Virus record (IMG/VR): IMGVR_UViG_3300037117_000082
Coordinates: 1 to 64,000 of that record
Length of the DNA stretch: 64,000 nucleotides
Origin: a virus
Lineage: Duplodnaviria; Caudoviricetes
Strand: one strand, 5' to 3'
The position numbers were made by a program, and so were the translations under genes. Below are positions 47,086-57,613 of this stretch, piece after piece. Each line of letters starts with the position of its first letter. The stretch's first letter is position 1. Under the pieces are notes generated by a model, which saw only the letters and a list, made by a program, of their open reading frames with translations, ran no database searches and was not told the origin of the DNA.

Positions 47086-48699
47086 GCGAGACAGCACGCA
47101 AGCCATCGAAGCCGTGGCGCGTAGACGGCCCGGCGGATCGCGGCAACGGCCAGACTTACCGTAGCCAGAGCGCAGCCTACGAGGCGGTGCGCGAGCTGGC
47201 CGGATTCGGTCACGACAGCACCGTCTGGCACTGGGAGGACGGCCGGTGGCGCACCTACGACAAGGTGAGCGCCGCTGACATGACCGCCGCATTCGATACG
47301 CAAGCCGTGACAGCTACCGGGACTACGGAGGAGGGGTCATGATCTTCGGTCACACGCACGACTACGAGGCAGTAGCCGTAGAGCACTCAGCAACGGGCCC
47401 GTTCTCGCCCACGGGAACCGCGATCCTCTGGCGCTGCAAGTGCGCTCACGTGTTCTCCGAGCGCATCGAGGGAAAGTGGACGCTCGGGCAGGTGCGCGGG
47501 GAGCGGGAGTTGACGGAAGCTGAGCGGATCGAGTTCGAGGCTGAGCTCGGCGAGGCAGCGGAGAGGCTGTCATGACCTACGCAGGCTGCCGCCGGGCAAT
47601 GGCCCCGCAGAGTACCGCTCCTCCGCAACGACCCAGATCAGCCCCGTAGGGGGACCGGATAAGACCGCTTAGGTTCAAGAGCGGAAGTAGGAGGACGGCA
47701 ACATGAGCACAACCGCCAGCGAGCACCCAAGGTGCGGATACTGCTACAAGAAGATCCGCATGCAGCGCAACGGCGCGTGGTATCACGACCACAACGCCAG
47801 CGTGTCCTGTAACCCCGGCTCGGGGTCGGACCGGAAGGCTTTTCCGGCGCCCGCTAGGGACCGAAGGGAAAGTGCGGCATGACAACAGGCAAGATCAGCG
47901 AGCGGCAGGCTCCCAATCCCGGCAAGTGTGACCACTGCGGAACGCGCTTCGCTGCTGGCGTCCAGATCGTCTCCGATGATGATGGCGGCTGGCTTTGCGG
48001 GGACTGCGCAGAGGCTGACTGGCTTTGCTCTGACGGGCCGACCTGGCTTTGCTCGGGCACGTCATGAGTGAGATGAGCGCCGACCACCTGTCCGCCTGGG
48101 GCAGCCAGCCATGGTGCCACGCCTGCCAGTCGCGGACAGTCCGCTGGCATTGCGCCGACCGTGGCTGCCGCAAGGTCATCTGCCTGAAGTGCATGGCTGA
48201 GACGATCTGCACGGGTGTGCGGGTGCTGCTCACCTACCAGGGAGTTGAGCGGGTGTGAGCGAGCTGCTGACCCTCTACTGGGTGCGTCCCTGCAATGCCC
48301 GGGATGACCCGGAGCCCGGCGTCCGGCTGGAGCGCGCAGGCGAACTGATGAACAGGCTGTCGCCCACTGAGGCTCGCGAGCTTGGCGCCGAGATGATCCT
48401 CGCCGCTGGCGCCAGTGAAACGCAGTGGGGACAGGGCAGCGGTGACCGCGATGCGTGAGCTGCCACCCGAGGCTGTCAACGTTGCCGCGGACGCCATTGA
48501 GGCGCACCCGGACTGGAACCTGCCATGGGCCACCGCAGAGGCGATGGCGCGCGCCGCGCTTGAGGCCGCCGGGCCGGTCACTGAGGCTCTGGTAATCGGC
48601 TACCTGGTCGATGGCAACGTCTGGCACCCCTCAGACGTAACGATCGTGCGGCGGGAGACTACCGCTACCGCAACTAAGCGGCCGACGGAGGAGCTATGA
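47082..48699 (+). other. run of small hypothetical genes (47082-47342, 47339-47575, 47703-47882, 47879-48067, 48064-48258, 48255-48458, about 48451-48699)
   Basis: Chained ATGA/GTGA overlaps and RBSs. Confidence 0.55.
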
Positions 48700-49088
48700 C
48701 TGAACATCTGACGCTTGACGGACTGCTCATGCGCGTCCAGGCCATTGATGACGTCCTCGACTCGTCGGGAAGCCCGGACTATCTCGCGCAGCCGCTCGCC
48801 CGGCACTGGGCACGGGTGACCAAGGTCTGCGAGGAAGCCGGTGAGGTGTGGCAGGCCCTGAGCAAGTGGACCGGCGAGAACCCGCGCAAGGCCTGCGGCA
48901 CTAAGGACGAACTGCTGGGGGAGCTGGGTGACACGCTCGGCGCGGCTATCTGCGCCATCCAGCACCTCACGAAGGACACCGAGGCAACCTGGGCCGTCGT
49001 CTCAGCGGCCGTGGACAAGTGCCATTCCAGGCTGACGGAGCCTGCGCTGTCTACCGCTTTGCTTTCTAAGCGGCAGGAGACGCCATGA
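48696..49088 (+). CDS. MazG-like nucleotide pyrophosphohydrolase
   Basis: KVCEEAGEV...GENPRK...ELGD (EExxE...ExxD). Confidence 0.85.
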   Translation: MTEHLTLDGLLMRVQAIDDVLDSSGSPDYLAQPLARHWARVTKVCEEAGEVWQALSKWTGENPRKACGTKDELLGELGDTLGAAICAIQHLTKDTEATWAVVSAAVDKCHSRLTEPALSTALLSKRQETP

Positions 49089-49306
49089 CCGACTACCGCG
49101 TTGAGTTCTCTATTACGCGGCGCAAGGACGGCGAGGGCGACTTCACGGAGATCGGCTTCGGATCGTCGGGAGCGCTCGACAGTATCGACGCCGCCTCGTT
49201 CGAGGTTGCGTCCATGATCCAGAACTGGCAGTGGGAAACCCAGCCCGGCATGCCTGACCCCGAGTCGCTCCGCGTCGCGGAGCGCGACCGGGAGCTGCCG
49301 GAATGA
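49085..49306 (+). CDS. hypothetical protein
   Basis: ATGA overlap, AGGAG RBS. Confidence 0.6.
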   Translation: MTDYRVEFSITRRKDGEGDFTEIGFGSSGALDSIDAASFEVASMIQNWQWETQPGMPDPESLRVAERDRELPE

Positions 49307-49821
49307 CGGGGCCGTGTACCGCTAACCTGCCGAAGCGGAAGGACTGAGCGATGACCAAGCAGACTGTAGAACCGGGCGACCGGGTACTGATCCCCGCCAT
49401 CGTGGAGTGCCTGGGCCACGACGATAACCACGTCATCGTCCGGGTCGCTGGCATCCCGGTTCAGGTGTCTACCGCTTCCTGTGAAGAACGGAAGGATTGC
49501 CCTTGAGGCAGACCCCGTGAGCTACGCCAGCCACCGCCACCTAGAGCGGCACGCTGGCAGTCGCCTTCGCCTTCGACACGGCCACCTGGATCTAGCCGCG
49601 TGGCTACCGCGCGCAAGCCCCCGCGACTGCCACAATCCCCCATGTGCGCTTATCCCTGGCAATCCTCCTAGCCCTGGCGCTCAACCTCGCTGCCTGGCGC
49701 TGGGACACCCGGAGTGAGCGCAGGAAGCCACGACGGCGGCGATGGTGGCGGGGTCCGGGCTGTCACTGCCGGTAGCGGCTAGGCTTCGGGGAGACAGGAA
49801 AGAGCGCACCGAGGGGGAGCC

Positions 49822-49983
49822 GTGGCACCACCGATCGAGACCGCACTGCCGGACCTGCGCGGCATCCCCCTCGGTGATGTCCCTGGCCGTTACCCGGCGC
49901 TGGACGCCGTGCTCGAGCGGCTGGTGGACGTACCGCGGGTAGTTCCGGTGGCCGGGTTCAACTCCTCGTTGGCGCCGTACTAG
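49822..49983 (+). CDS. FxSxx-COOH (FxsA-like) RiPP precursor peptide, 53 aa
   Basis: GAGGGGGAG RBS + GTG; MAPPIETALPDLRGIPLGDVPGRYPALDAVLERLVDVPRVVPVAGFNSSLAPY*. Not in the ORF track. Confidence 0.8.
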   Translation: MAPPIETALPDLRGIPLGDVPGRYPALDAVLERLVDVPRVVPVAGFNSSLAPY

Positions 49984-49991
49984 GTGCGCTC

Positions 49992-51307
49992 GTGAACTAC
50001 CAGGACGCCTGCGCAGCCGTTGCCCTCCCGTGGCGCACCGGACGGCACAACAGCCAGGTCGCCTACGCGCAGGCAGGGGAAACGGCCAGCGACGATGACG
50101 TGATGGTCGGCACGTTCATGGCCCCGGAACTGGCAGAGGATGCCGTGAGAGCTCACAACGCGGCAGTCGAGGCGCGGCAGATGAGTCCTGCTGCGCCCGC
50201 TGGTGACGCAATGTGGACGTGCCCTGACTGCAACGAGCCTGCGCCTCACAAGCGCGGAGAATGCCCGGTGTACTGATGGCCAGGATGCTAGGCCGGGAGC
50301 GGCGCGCTGGCTGCGGCAACTTCCGCTGCCGTCTCTGCGGTCCCGGTGATACGCGGTGGGCCAAGCGACGGGAAGCGCGGGAGGCCGAGCGCGAGATCGA
50401 GGCTGACTACGACCACGCCGCTCCGGTTGCCCTGGCGCTGAGGCCGTGGCGCATCCTGCGGGAGGACCAATGACCTACAGCGCACCGCTCCGTGACCGCA
50501 TAGCCGTCAGGATCTGCAACGCGGTCATGCGGGTACTGGCAACCGAGCACTACCGGAAGATGATCACCGGGGCGATACGGCTTGGACTCCAGACCGCAGC
50601 GGACGAGTCGCTGGCGCTGGTCACGATCTCGCCGGACGTGCCGCCCGTCGTGAGCTTCGATGAGCGCGACCTGGCCGTCATCGCCATGTACGACGAAGAC
50701 GAGGGCTGATGCCCGGCACCCGCTGGGATGCCCGTGCAGGCCGCATGATCCGGATCCCGGAGTCCTGCGATCACTGCGGGCGCAGGCTGGCCAGCGGGCA
50801 TGCAAGAGGCAGCAACGGGGAGAGGCTCTGTCACCCGGACAACCCGGGCCTGCCTGACTGCGCAAGGCGCGTGGCCGCTGGTGAGATACTCGGCGCGCTC
50901 AAGGGCATCGGGCAGCCGCCGCCGGGGGTCACGGGCATCACCGAGGAGGCCCGATCATGACCACGCCAGCCGCGCTCCGTGAGGACGCTGACCAGTTCAT
51001 CGAACTCGTCCGGCTGGACTGGGCGGTCACCAAGACCTGGAACCGGCTGCACGCCGTCAAACCGGAGACCTGGACCGATGAGCACCGGGACGACATGGAG
51101 TGCGAGTGGGCCGTCCTGGCGCCTGTGCGGCTTGCCTGCGGGCGCACCGCAGCGTACCTGTGCATCCCCGGGCTGTTCTCGCGGATGGGCGCTCAGCGCT
51201 GCACGGGCTGCTGCCGAGCTACCGGGATGCCGCAGGGGAAGGGATCGCCGAAGAACGACGACGCCTGCCGCGTGATCCTGGGACTGCCGACCGATCCCGA
51301 CCGCTAG
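49992..51307 (+). other. run of small hypothetical genes (49992-50276, 50276-50473, 50470-50709, 50709-50960, 50957-51307)
   Basis: Overlapping starts and stops; several Cys-rich. Confidence 0.55.
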
Positions 51308-51384
51308 GATTGCCTCTCCGCGTCCACGGAGACAGCCCGGCAGGGCATCTAGGTCCCGAACCTGCCGGGCTTTCCCGTTGCCAG

Positions 51385-52189
51385 TCACGTCTCCGGGCCG
51401 CAAGTAAGGCACACGTTCTGAGTCATGACGTGCTCGCCATCCGGCATGTCCAGGAAGCGCACCGCGTAGCCGTCATACGGCGTGAACGGAACCCCGCAGG
51501 CCGGGCACGGAAACTCCCCGCCCGCGTCGGCCGGTTCCTCGTAGTCGTCTGGGTGAAAGAGCCGGACGTGATCGAGCAGCCCGGTGGCAATGCCGAGATC
51601 GGCGTCAATATCCGAACCGCACCGCAGGCAGGCTGCGCTCATTCCGCCACCGTGCCTTCCCGCTCGGCAGGCAGCCGGCGCATCATCATCGGGTGGTCAC
51701 GGTCGCCGCTGGCCTTGAACTCAATCTTCACGCTGGTGACTGGACCTGGCGGGATGCACTCAGGGTCAACGGGGCCGAAGTTGCTGACCGTGAGCGGCGT
51801 GTCCACCCTGATGTCCAGGCCGTGGGGCTTGGCCGCCTCGAACTCGTAGCCGGTGCCGTCCGCGAACTCCACGCGGGTAAGGACGCGGGAGACCTGCGGG
51901 ACCGGATCGAAGGCAGTGCGCGCGGGCTCGGTCATGGTCGTGATCCCGCCGCGCCTTCCCGCCCGGCATCCGGCAGGTACTCGATCACGAATCCGCCGCC
52001 GTCCAGTGCCCGGATCCGGGCGCCCTTGCTGAGCCGTATGCCCGCGTCGCCGGCGTCACTGGTGACGGTGATGCTGCCGCCGGGGCCGAACTCCACGCCG
52101 AAGCCGGAGCCGTCCAGCCCGGCAACCTGGGTTGCGCTGTAGAGGCTGCACCCGACGATTTCGATGGGCGCCTCTGCTGTCTCGGTCAT
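51385..52189 (-). other. three small hypothetical genes (51932-52189, 51639-51935, 51385-51642)
   Basis: ATGA overlaps; GAGAGGA RBS before 52189. Confidence 0.55.
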
Positions 52190-52211
52190 GGTCTTGATCC
52201 TCTCAAATTGC

Positions 52212-52268
52212 AGTCTCATCATGAGACTTCTGCCTGTCTCATCAAGAGATTCAGTCTCATCATGAGCC
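52212..52268. repeat. three palindromic repeats GTCTCATCAWGAG
   Basis: 52213-27 (perfect GTCTCAT-C-ATGAGAC), 52236-50, 52254-68. Confidence 0.8.
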
Positions 52269-52333
52269 TGCCGGTTGCTGCGAAACGCCCGTCTGGCCTG
52301 CATGTACTTGACGTGATCTTCCTCCGGTCGGTA

Positions 52334-52822
52334 TCACTTAGTGGTCCGGGAAGTGACCGCGCGCCGCGATCTGAAAGCCTCCGCGCGGGACACATGGACC
52401 GCGCCGGCCAACTCGACCAGCGCAGCGCCCGGCGGCAACTCCCCTCCCGGCGAGTCAAGCAGGGCAAGCGCCCGCAGCCGCACGTCGGCATGGCCGAGGT
52501 CGGACGTGAGCATTTCCCGCAGGGTCTCCTCGAAGTCGCGTGACTCGGCGGCGGAACGCGGCAGGCACGACGGATGGATGCCCAGCCCAATGAGCTTGTG
52601 CCGGATCTTCCGCTCGCTGCACCCCGCGTGGCAGAACCAGACGAGCCGGTGCTTCCCCTCGCTGATCTTGAGCGAGCGCTTCGCGTCGTCGTGACCGGGG
52701 CAGTACGCCGTGAAGTACCAGCGGCCCGTGTCGGTGTCCATGCGCAGATCTGCGGGCGCTCCCGGCACCTTGGGGCGCACGTGCTGGTGGAGGCACTCCC
52801 TGGACGGCACATCGCATGCCAC
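52334..52822 (-). CDS. primase-type (CHC2-like) Zn-binding domain + C-terminal HTH
   Basis: CPGHDD..RSL.I......CHAGC; LVELAGAVHVSRAEAFR. Confidence 0.75.
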   Translation of the reverse strand: MACDVPSRECLHQHVRPKVPGAPADLRMDTDTGRWYFTAYCPGHDDAKRSLKISEGKHRLVWFCHAGCSERKIRHKLIGLGIHPSCLPRSAAESRDFEETLREMLTSDLGHADVRLRALALLDSPGGELPPGAALVELAGAVHVSRAEAFRSRRAVTSRTTK

Positions 52823-53107
52823 GGCGCGCTCAGACGGCGAGAGGGATTGCGGGGCGCGGCTGATCGGGGAGGCTGTCGCCAGTTATGCTCTGCATAGGCT
52901 GCACCGGGTTTCTTAGCCGAGACGGTGACGGCTTAGGCCCGGCGAGTGTTTCCGCACTCGTTCGGGCCGCCGTTTTTTGTTGTCCTCGAACAGTCTACCG
53001 GTTGTAAGCACCCCGACACGGTGTGTGCGTGCAGGTTTTCGACCCTCCGCCCGCTACCATCCACGCCGGGGGGCCGGGGAGACCCGATGGGGATCGGGTC
53101 TCCCGCC

Positions 53108-53151
53108 ACAGAAGCCCCGGCTGGCTCGGCTCAGCAGCCGGGGCTTTCTGT
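53108..53151. terminator. intrinsic terminator-like hairpin
   Basis: AGAAGCCCCGGCTG...CAGCCGGGGCTTTCT. Confidence 0.6.
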
Positions 53152-53347
53152 GTGCGCACATGAAAAAGCGCCGCCGCCAGTGCGGGGGGCGCTGGCGGCG
53201 GCGCGGGGCAGCCTCCGGGAGCGGGTGGGCTTGAGAGGCCGCACGGGGCAGCCAGCCGGACGGCTGCCGTTGCCGAGAGTAGCGCTCCCCTTACCGCTCA
53301 CGGTGTTGCCGCAGGACAGGGCGCGTGTCGGGCGGTACGGTGCTGGC

Positions 53348-53680
53348 ATGAGCCTCACGGAGCACGCCAGGCGCGAACTAGAGCTATGCGGCCAGTACGC
53401 CGAGGATCCCGCCTACTCGGAGTCCATCATCAAGGCCGTCGAGGCGTTCGCGTCCTACGGCCACTCGGGCGGTTCGGCCATGTGCGCCCGCGAGCAGCTT
53501 CATGCCCTGCTTGCCTTCCAGGCGCTGTCTCCGCTGACCGACGATCCTGCCGAGTGGGTAGATCAGTCCGAGGTCAGCGGAAGCCCGATGTGGCAGAACA
53601 AGCGTGACCCGGCCGTGTTCAGCACGGACGGCGACAAGACGTGGTACTCGCTGGATGACAGGCAGCCCGAGTCGGCCTAG
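53348..53680 (+). CDS. conserved phage hypothetical protein
   Basis: L.EHA.REL...F...GHSGGSA...L....LSPLT...EW...WQN.R...FS. Confidence 0.7.
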   Translation: MSLTEHARRELELCGQYAEDPAYSESIIKAVEAFASYGHSGGSAMCAREQLHALLAFQALSPLTDDPAEWVDQSEVSGSPMWQNKRDPAVFSTDGDKTWYSLDDRQPESA

Positions 53681-53860
53681 CCGCTTCCATGCCCCGCGTG
53701 TCCGCTACCGCCAGTTGCCGCGTGAACGCAGACCGCTAGAAATTTAATTAGCCCGGCTGTACGGTGCTAAGTGACGCTAATCACTGAACCACCAGTACGC
53801 CGGGCTTGGTCACTAATCGTAGCCCCGCCCGCGTGCTCACGGCAAGCGGGAGGGGCAGTC

Positions 53861-54588
53861 ATGAACGTAGATCGGCCGCGCTTACGGGATGACATCGACG
53901 GGGACGTGCGGGCGCTGGACGACCTGTCTTACCACTGGGGGCCGTTCTGGTCCTTCTCCGTCAGGTACGGCCGCGAGGGCCCCGTCTGGAAAGCCACCCC
54001 CGCAGACGACAGCACGCCCATGACGGCAGTCAGCGCGGAACTCCTGCGGTCCATGCTGAGAGGGTCCGCGGAAAGGAACAGGGCGCCCCGTCATGGCTGA
54101 GTGGCTGATGGACCGCCTAGCCGCGCTGTATGGCGCCGAGTACGACCTGATCGCCACCGCTGCCGGGCTCGCCGCGGTACCTCACGAGACGGGCCGGGAG
54201 ACGCTGAGAGCGCATTCCCCTCTGGTGCTGGCCGTGCTGCTCGGGCAGGCCGCAGCCGGGAAGGCGCACGGCGAGCCCGCGCTGGAGCGCTGCCACCGGG
54301 CGCACGGGCGCGTACAGGGCGCGCATGCGGCGAGAGAGGCGCGCCGTGGCTGAGCGGCTCGAATCCACGAGCGACACCTGCGACCGGCTCGGCGGGGCTC
54401 ACGATCACTGGAGTTTCTGGTTCGCCGGCGAGTTCTACGCTGCACGGACTGGCGACCTGACGCCAGGCGAGCACCGGCACGGGGTGATGGCCCCGCTGTC
54501 GGCCGCGGACCCGGACGAGCTGTCCGCGATGGTCACGGCGCAGGACGAGCCTGCCGCGGATGCCGAGCAGTTCGCCTGGGAAACCTAG
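53861..54588 (+). other. three tandem small related proteins (53861-54100, 54093-54353, 54346-54588)
   Basis: Overlapping ORFs sharing an aromatic strand...A...L.A.S..(E/L)L...L pattern. Confidence 0.55.
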
Positions 54589-55026
54589 AGACCGGCTGCG
54601 GCGGCCGGGTTCCCCCCGTACCCGGCTGCCGCAGTCTCTAAGTGATCACGGCGGGCGCGCAAGGCATCGGCCAACTTCGACCCCCGAAGAAACCGGCCAG
54701 CTTATTAAGGGTTGCGTGGCCCGCCGTGATCTCCCCTCCTGCTTGTCACACCGGGAGCGTAGCGTTGTTCCTGTGGCTCTTGCATGTTTGCTCTCCGTAG
54801 CAGGGCCGTTACGGTAAGTTAGGTTCCCTGTCAAGGAGACACGCGGGGGAAGGGTACGGAAGATGCGCTTGCGGCCACGGGGGAAGATGGCATTGATCGC
54901 CGCACTGTCGGCCGATCTGGCGGCGAGCCGTGAGCGCGAGGGCAAACTCACCGAGAGGCTTGCGTGGTACCGCGTGGCAGTCGAGGGCGGCACGACGCCA
55001 CTGCGGCTGCTGGAAGGCGGGGCGGT

Positions 55027-55380
55027 TCAGGCGCCCCTGCGCTCCCCGTTACGGGTGGCGCGCATCCCCTGAATGACGGCGATCACGACCCGGCGTTCCT
55101 CGTCGTCTAGCTCGGGCAACTCGGTCGCGACCTCGCGTGGCTCCCGGATCACGGGCTCGGCGCCGGCCAGGACGCGCCGCGCCGAGTCAGGTTCCCAGCC
55201 GAGCGCGAGTTCGACATCCGCGAGCGTGACCGCGCCGACAGGGCGACCGGTCTCCAGCTTGCCGAGCGTCCGCGCCGTCACCCCTGACACGGCGGCCAGG
55301 GCCTTGCGGTCCCGGTAGCCGAGCTTCACCCTGCGCGCTATCACGTAGCTGGCAAGGCGTCCCCAGTCCTCAAGAGGCAT
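55027..55380 (-). CDS. XRE-family immunity repressor (CI-like)
   Basis: W.RL...RR..LGY...LA..SGV...TL..LE.G...E.ALGW..S; divergent from the Cro-like gene. Confidence 0.82.
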   Translation of the reverse strand: MPLEDWGRLASYVIARRVKLGYRDRKALAAVSGVTARTLGKLETGRPVGAVTLADVELALGWEPDSARRVLAGAEPVIREPREVATELPELDDEERRVVIAVIQGMRATRNGERRGA

Positions 55381-55487
55381 GACGCCACTATGCCGGAAGG
55401 GTTCGGAAGAATCCAGCGTGTCCGCATAACTTACGCCCGCATCCGGTCACGCCACGGTCACCAAAGAGGAAACGGTGCGCGTTTAGT

Positions 55488-55516
55488 TTGACTTTGCTTC
55501 CACTTCGCTGCATCCT
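55488..55516 (+). promoter_or_regulatory. leaderless early promoter
   Basis: TTGACT-17 nt-CATCCT, 6 nt before the ATG at 55523. Confidence 0.6.
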
Positions 55517-55522
55517 GATGAC

Positions 55523-55780
55523 ATGGCAAACGGACGACCGCGCGGACCAGCAATCAAGGGCTCCGGCCTCCGCGAGCGCCGCGTTCAGCTCGGGCTCAGG
55601 AAGACCGAGCTGGCGGCGCGCTGCGGGGTCTCGGCCCGTTACATCGCGGACCTGGAAAAGGAGCGCTACTCCCCGAGTATCGAGGCACTGCACCGGCTCG
55701 CCGGCGTGCTTGAGATGCCCGTGACGAGCCTCATGCGTGACCCGGAAAGCGATCCGATCACGGCCGGGAACGCCGCGTGA
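55523..55780 (+). CDS. Cro-like XRE regulator
   Basis: LRERR..LGL...ELA..CGVS..YI..LE.....PS...L..LA..L. Confidence 0.88.
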   Translation: MANGRPRGPAIKGSGLRERRVQLGLRKTELAARCGVSARYIADLEKERYSPSIEALHRLAGVLEMPVTSLMRDPESDPITAGNAA

Positions 55781-55877
55781 CCAAGGAGAGCAACCGAGCC
55801 TGAGACGTGAACGGGGCGCCAGTGCTAGCTGACGCCCCGGAAAGAACCGCAGGACCACGATACATGAAGGGACCGCA

Positions 55878-56192
55878 ATGCGTACCAAAACCACCCTTGC
55901 CGCCGATGGGCGCGAGGCGAGCATCCTCAGCCCGAAGGCCGTACTGGGCCCGATCGTGCGCCTCTCCAAGCACCGCGCGTCCAAGCCGGGGCACCACCAC
56001 ATGGAGCGGTCGCAGCGGTCCGTCAGCGGCAACACGGCGCGGGCGCTCACCAGCGTGCGGCGTAGCACCGGCAAGAAGCGCGCAGGCCAGCGCGGGGCGC
56101 TCGGCGCGGTCCCGCAGCACAAGCGGCCGGCCGTCTACAAGACCGACGCCCGGCGCGCCCGTGAGGCAGCAGCAGACCGGCAGGCGTCATGA
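55878..56192 (+). CDS. highly basic hypothetical protein
   Basis: AAGGGA RBS; Arg/Lys-rich. Confidence 0.55.
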   Translation: MRTKTTLAADGREASILSPKAVLGPIVRLSKHRASKPGHHHMERSQRSVSGNTARALTSVRRSTGKKRAGQRGALGAVPQHKRPAVYKTDARRAREAAADRQAS

Positions 56193-56425
56193 CCTCCCTT
56201 ACCGGGAGCGGCACCGTCACCCTGGCCATGCCCCAGCCGGTAGCGATCGGGTTCTACTGCCCGGCCTGTGGTGCCTGCGGATCGAGTGAGACCCACCGCG
56301 TCGACTGCCCGCGCCGCCCGCGCGGCTACTGCGGCTGCTGGCAGGTCACCGGCAGGCAGCCTGCTAACGGGGTCCACTGCTACATCTGCGACCGGCCTGC
56401 TGATCCTGCGCAGGTAGCGGCGTGA
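56189..56425 (+). CDS. Cys-rich hypothetical protein
   Basis: Several CxxC; overlaps neighbours. Confidence 0.55.
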   Translation: MTSLTGSGTVTLAMPQPVAIGFYCPACGACGSSETHRVDCPRRPRGYCGCWQVTGRQPANGVHCYICDRPADPAQVAA

Positions 56426-56706
56426 GCGCCGCAGCGATGGAGGCCGAGGCTGGCCGCCGGGTGGATGACCTGATCGCCTTCGAGGCTGACTACCGCTCCC
56501 GGATGCGCGCCTACCTGCAAGGACTGCTGCGCGACCTGGACAGGCGCGGCGAGTTGGCAGGCGATAAATGCGCCGATCCGGTCACGGTCAGCCGCGATGA
56601 CTTGCGTACGTTCTTCACGGCTCTGGGCGGTAGCCAGTTCCTGCGCCTCGGCTGTGCGGCCGGGCAGGCAGAGCAGCGGTTGCGGGCCGCTGGCGGTGCG
56701 TCATGA
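56422..56706 (+). CDS. protein with DivIVA/Wag31 C-terminal-like segment
   Basis: RVDDLIAFEADYRSRMRAYLQGLLRDL resembles the actinobacterial DivIVA motif L..FEREYR.RL..YL..QL..L. Confidence 0.7.
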   Translation: MSAAAMEAEAGRRVDDLIAFEADYRSRMRAYLQGLLRDLDRRGELAGDKCADPVTVSRDDLRTFFTALGGSQFLRLGCAAGQAEQRLRAAGGAS

Positions 56707-56899
56707 CCGCCGCAGGGATGGCCGGCACTCTCGCCGCTATCGCGGAGCGGGACCTCATCACCGGGGACCAGGCAGCCCGCAACCGCATCGCCGATGGATA
56801 CGAGCGGCTCGCGGCGGCCATCCGGCACAGGGCAGACGTCGAGGACCGCATACGCGCCCGGCTGCTGCCGCAACTGACTTTCACCAACAGGGGGACGAC

Positions 56900-57613
56900 A
56901 TGACCACGCCTACCAAGACCCGCAGGAAGCCCGCATCCAAGGCCACCGCAGCCGGCGCCGAGGCAGACACCATGCACGCAGAGGCGATGGCGGCACCACT
57001 GGGCCTGCCGCTGAGCCCGGACGCCCTGGCCGCGCTCGAGCGGGAATCACCCGGCGGCCCCATGACCATCATCGCCGCCGTCAGGGAGTCCTACGACGCC
57101 TGCAAGACCGTCACCAAAGGCGACTGCGAGGCCCTGCTCGAGCAGTGGCACGGGGAAGCACGGGAAGCCGTCTACGGGCCGCTGGCCGCATGGCTGGGAG
57201 CCGGGAAGCCCGATCACGTCCCGGCGCCGGCTGCCGGGATTGAGCGTGACGAGCCGCCGGCCCCGGAGGAATCGCAGCCTCGCCCGTACGCTCACCTGCC
57301 CCCCGATCCCTTCGATGCGTCTTTCGGCCCCCGCCGCGACGACGCGGTGCAGGCAGACGCCCTGGCATCCCTGGACCGCTGGTCTAAGGGCGGCACGAGC
57401 CAGTTCCCCGCCATCACGGACGAGCCCGCAGGAGAGCCGGAAGCCGCTGAGCCGGCCCTGTCCCCTCCCGCAGCGCCACCTGCTGCCGTAGATGCCGCAG
57501 AGGACTGGGACGCGCTCAAGGCACTCGGCGACGCGATCCCTGACGATGACGCTCCGCACACGGAAACGATGACCGTGATCATCGACCGCGCGGACGGGGA
57601 TGAGGCGGCATGA
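56900..57613 (+). CDS. hypothetical Pro/Ala/acidic protein
   Basis: ATG 56900 with AGGGGA; preceded by small ORF 56703-56903. Confidence 0.55.
   Translation: MTTPTKTRRKPASKATAAGAEADTMHAEAMAAPLGLPLSPDALAALERESPGGPMTIIAAVRESYDACKTVTKGDCEALLEQWHGEAREAVYGPLAAWLGAGKPDHVPAPAAGIERDEPPAPEESQPRPYAHLPPDPFDASFGPRRDDAVQADALASLDRWSKGGTSQFPAITDEPAGEPEAAEPALSPPAAPPAAVDAAEDWDALKALGDAIPDDDAPHTETMTVIIDRADGDEAA

Noticed and set aside
49951-49970. GGTTCAACTCC T-loop-like sequence
   Set aside because: No T stem or acceptor; it encodes the GFNS core of the peptide.
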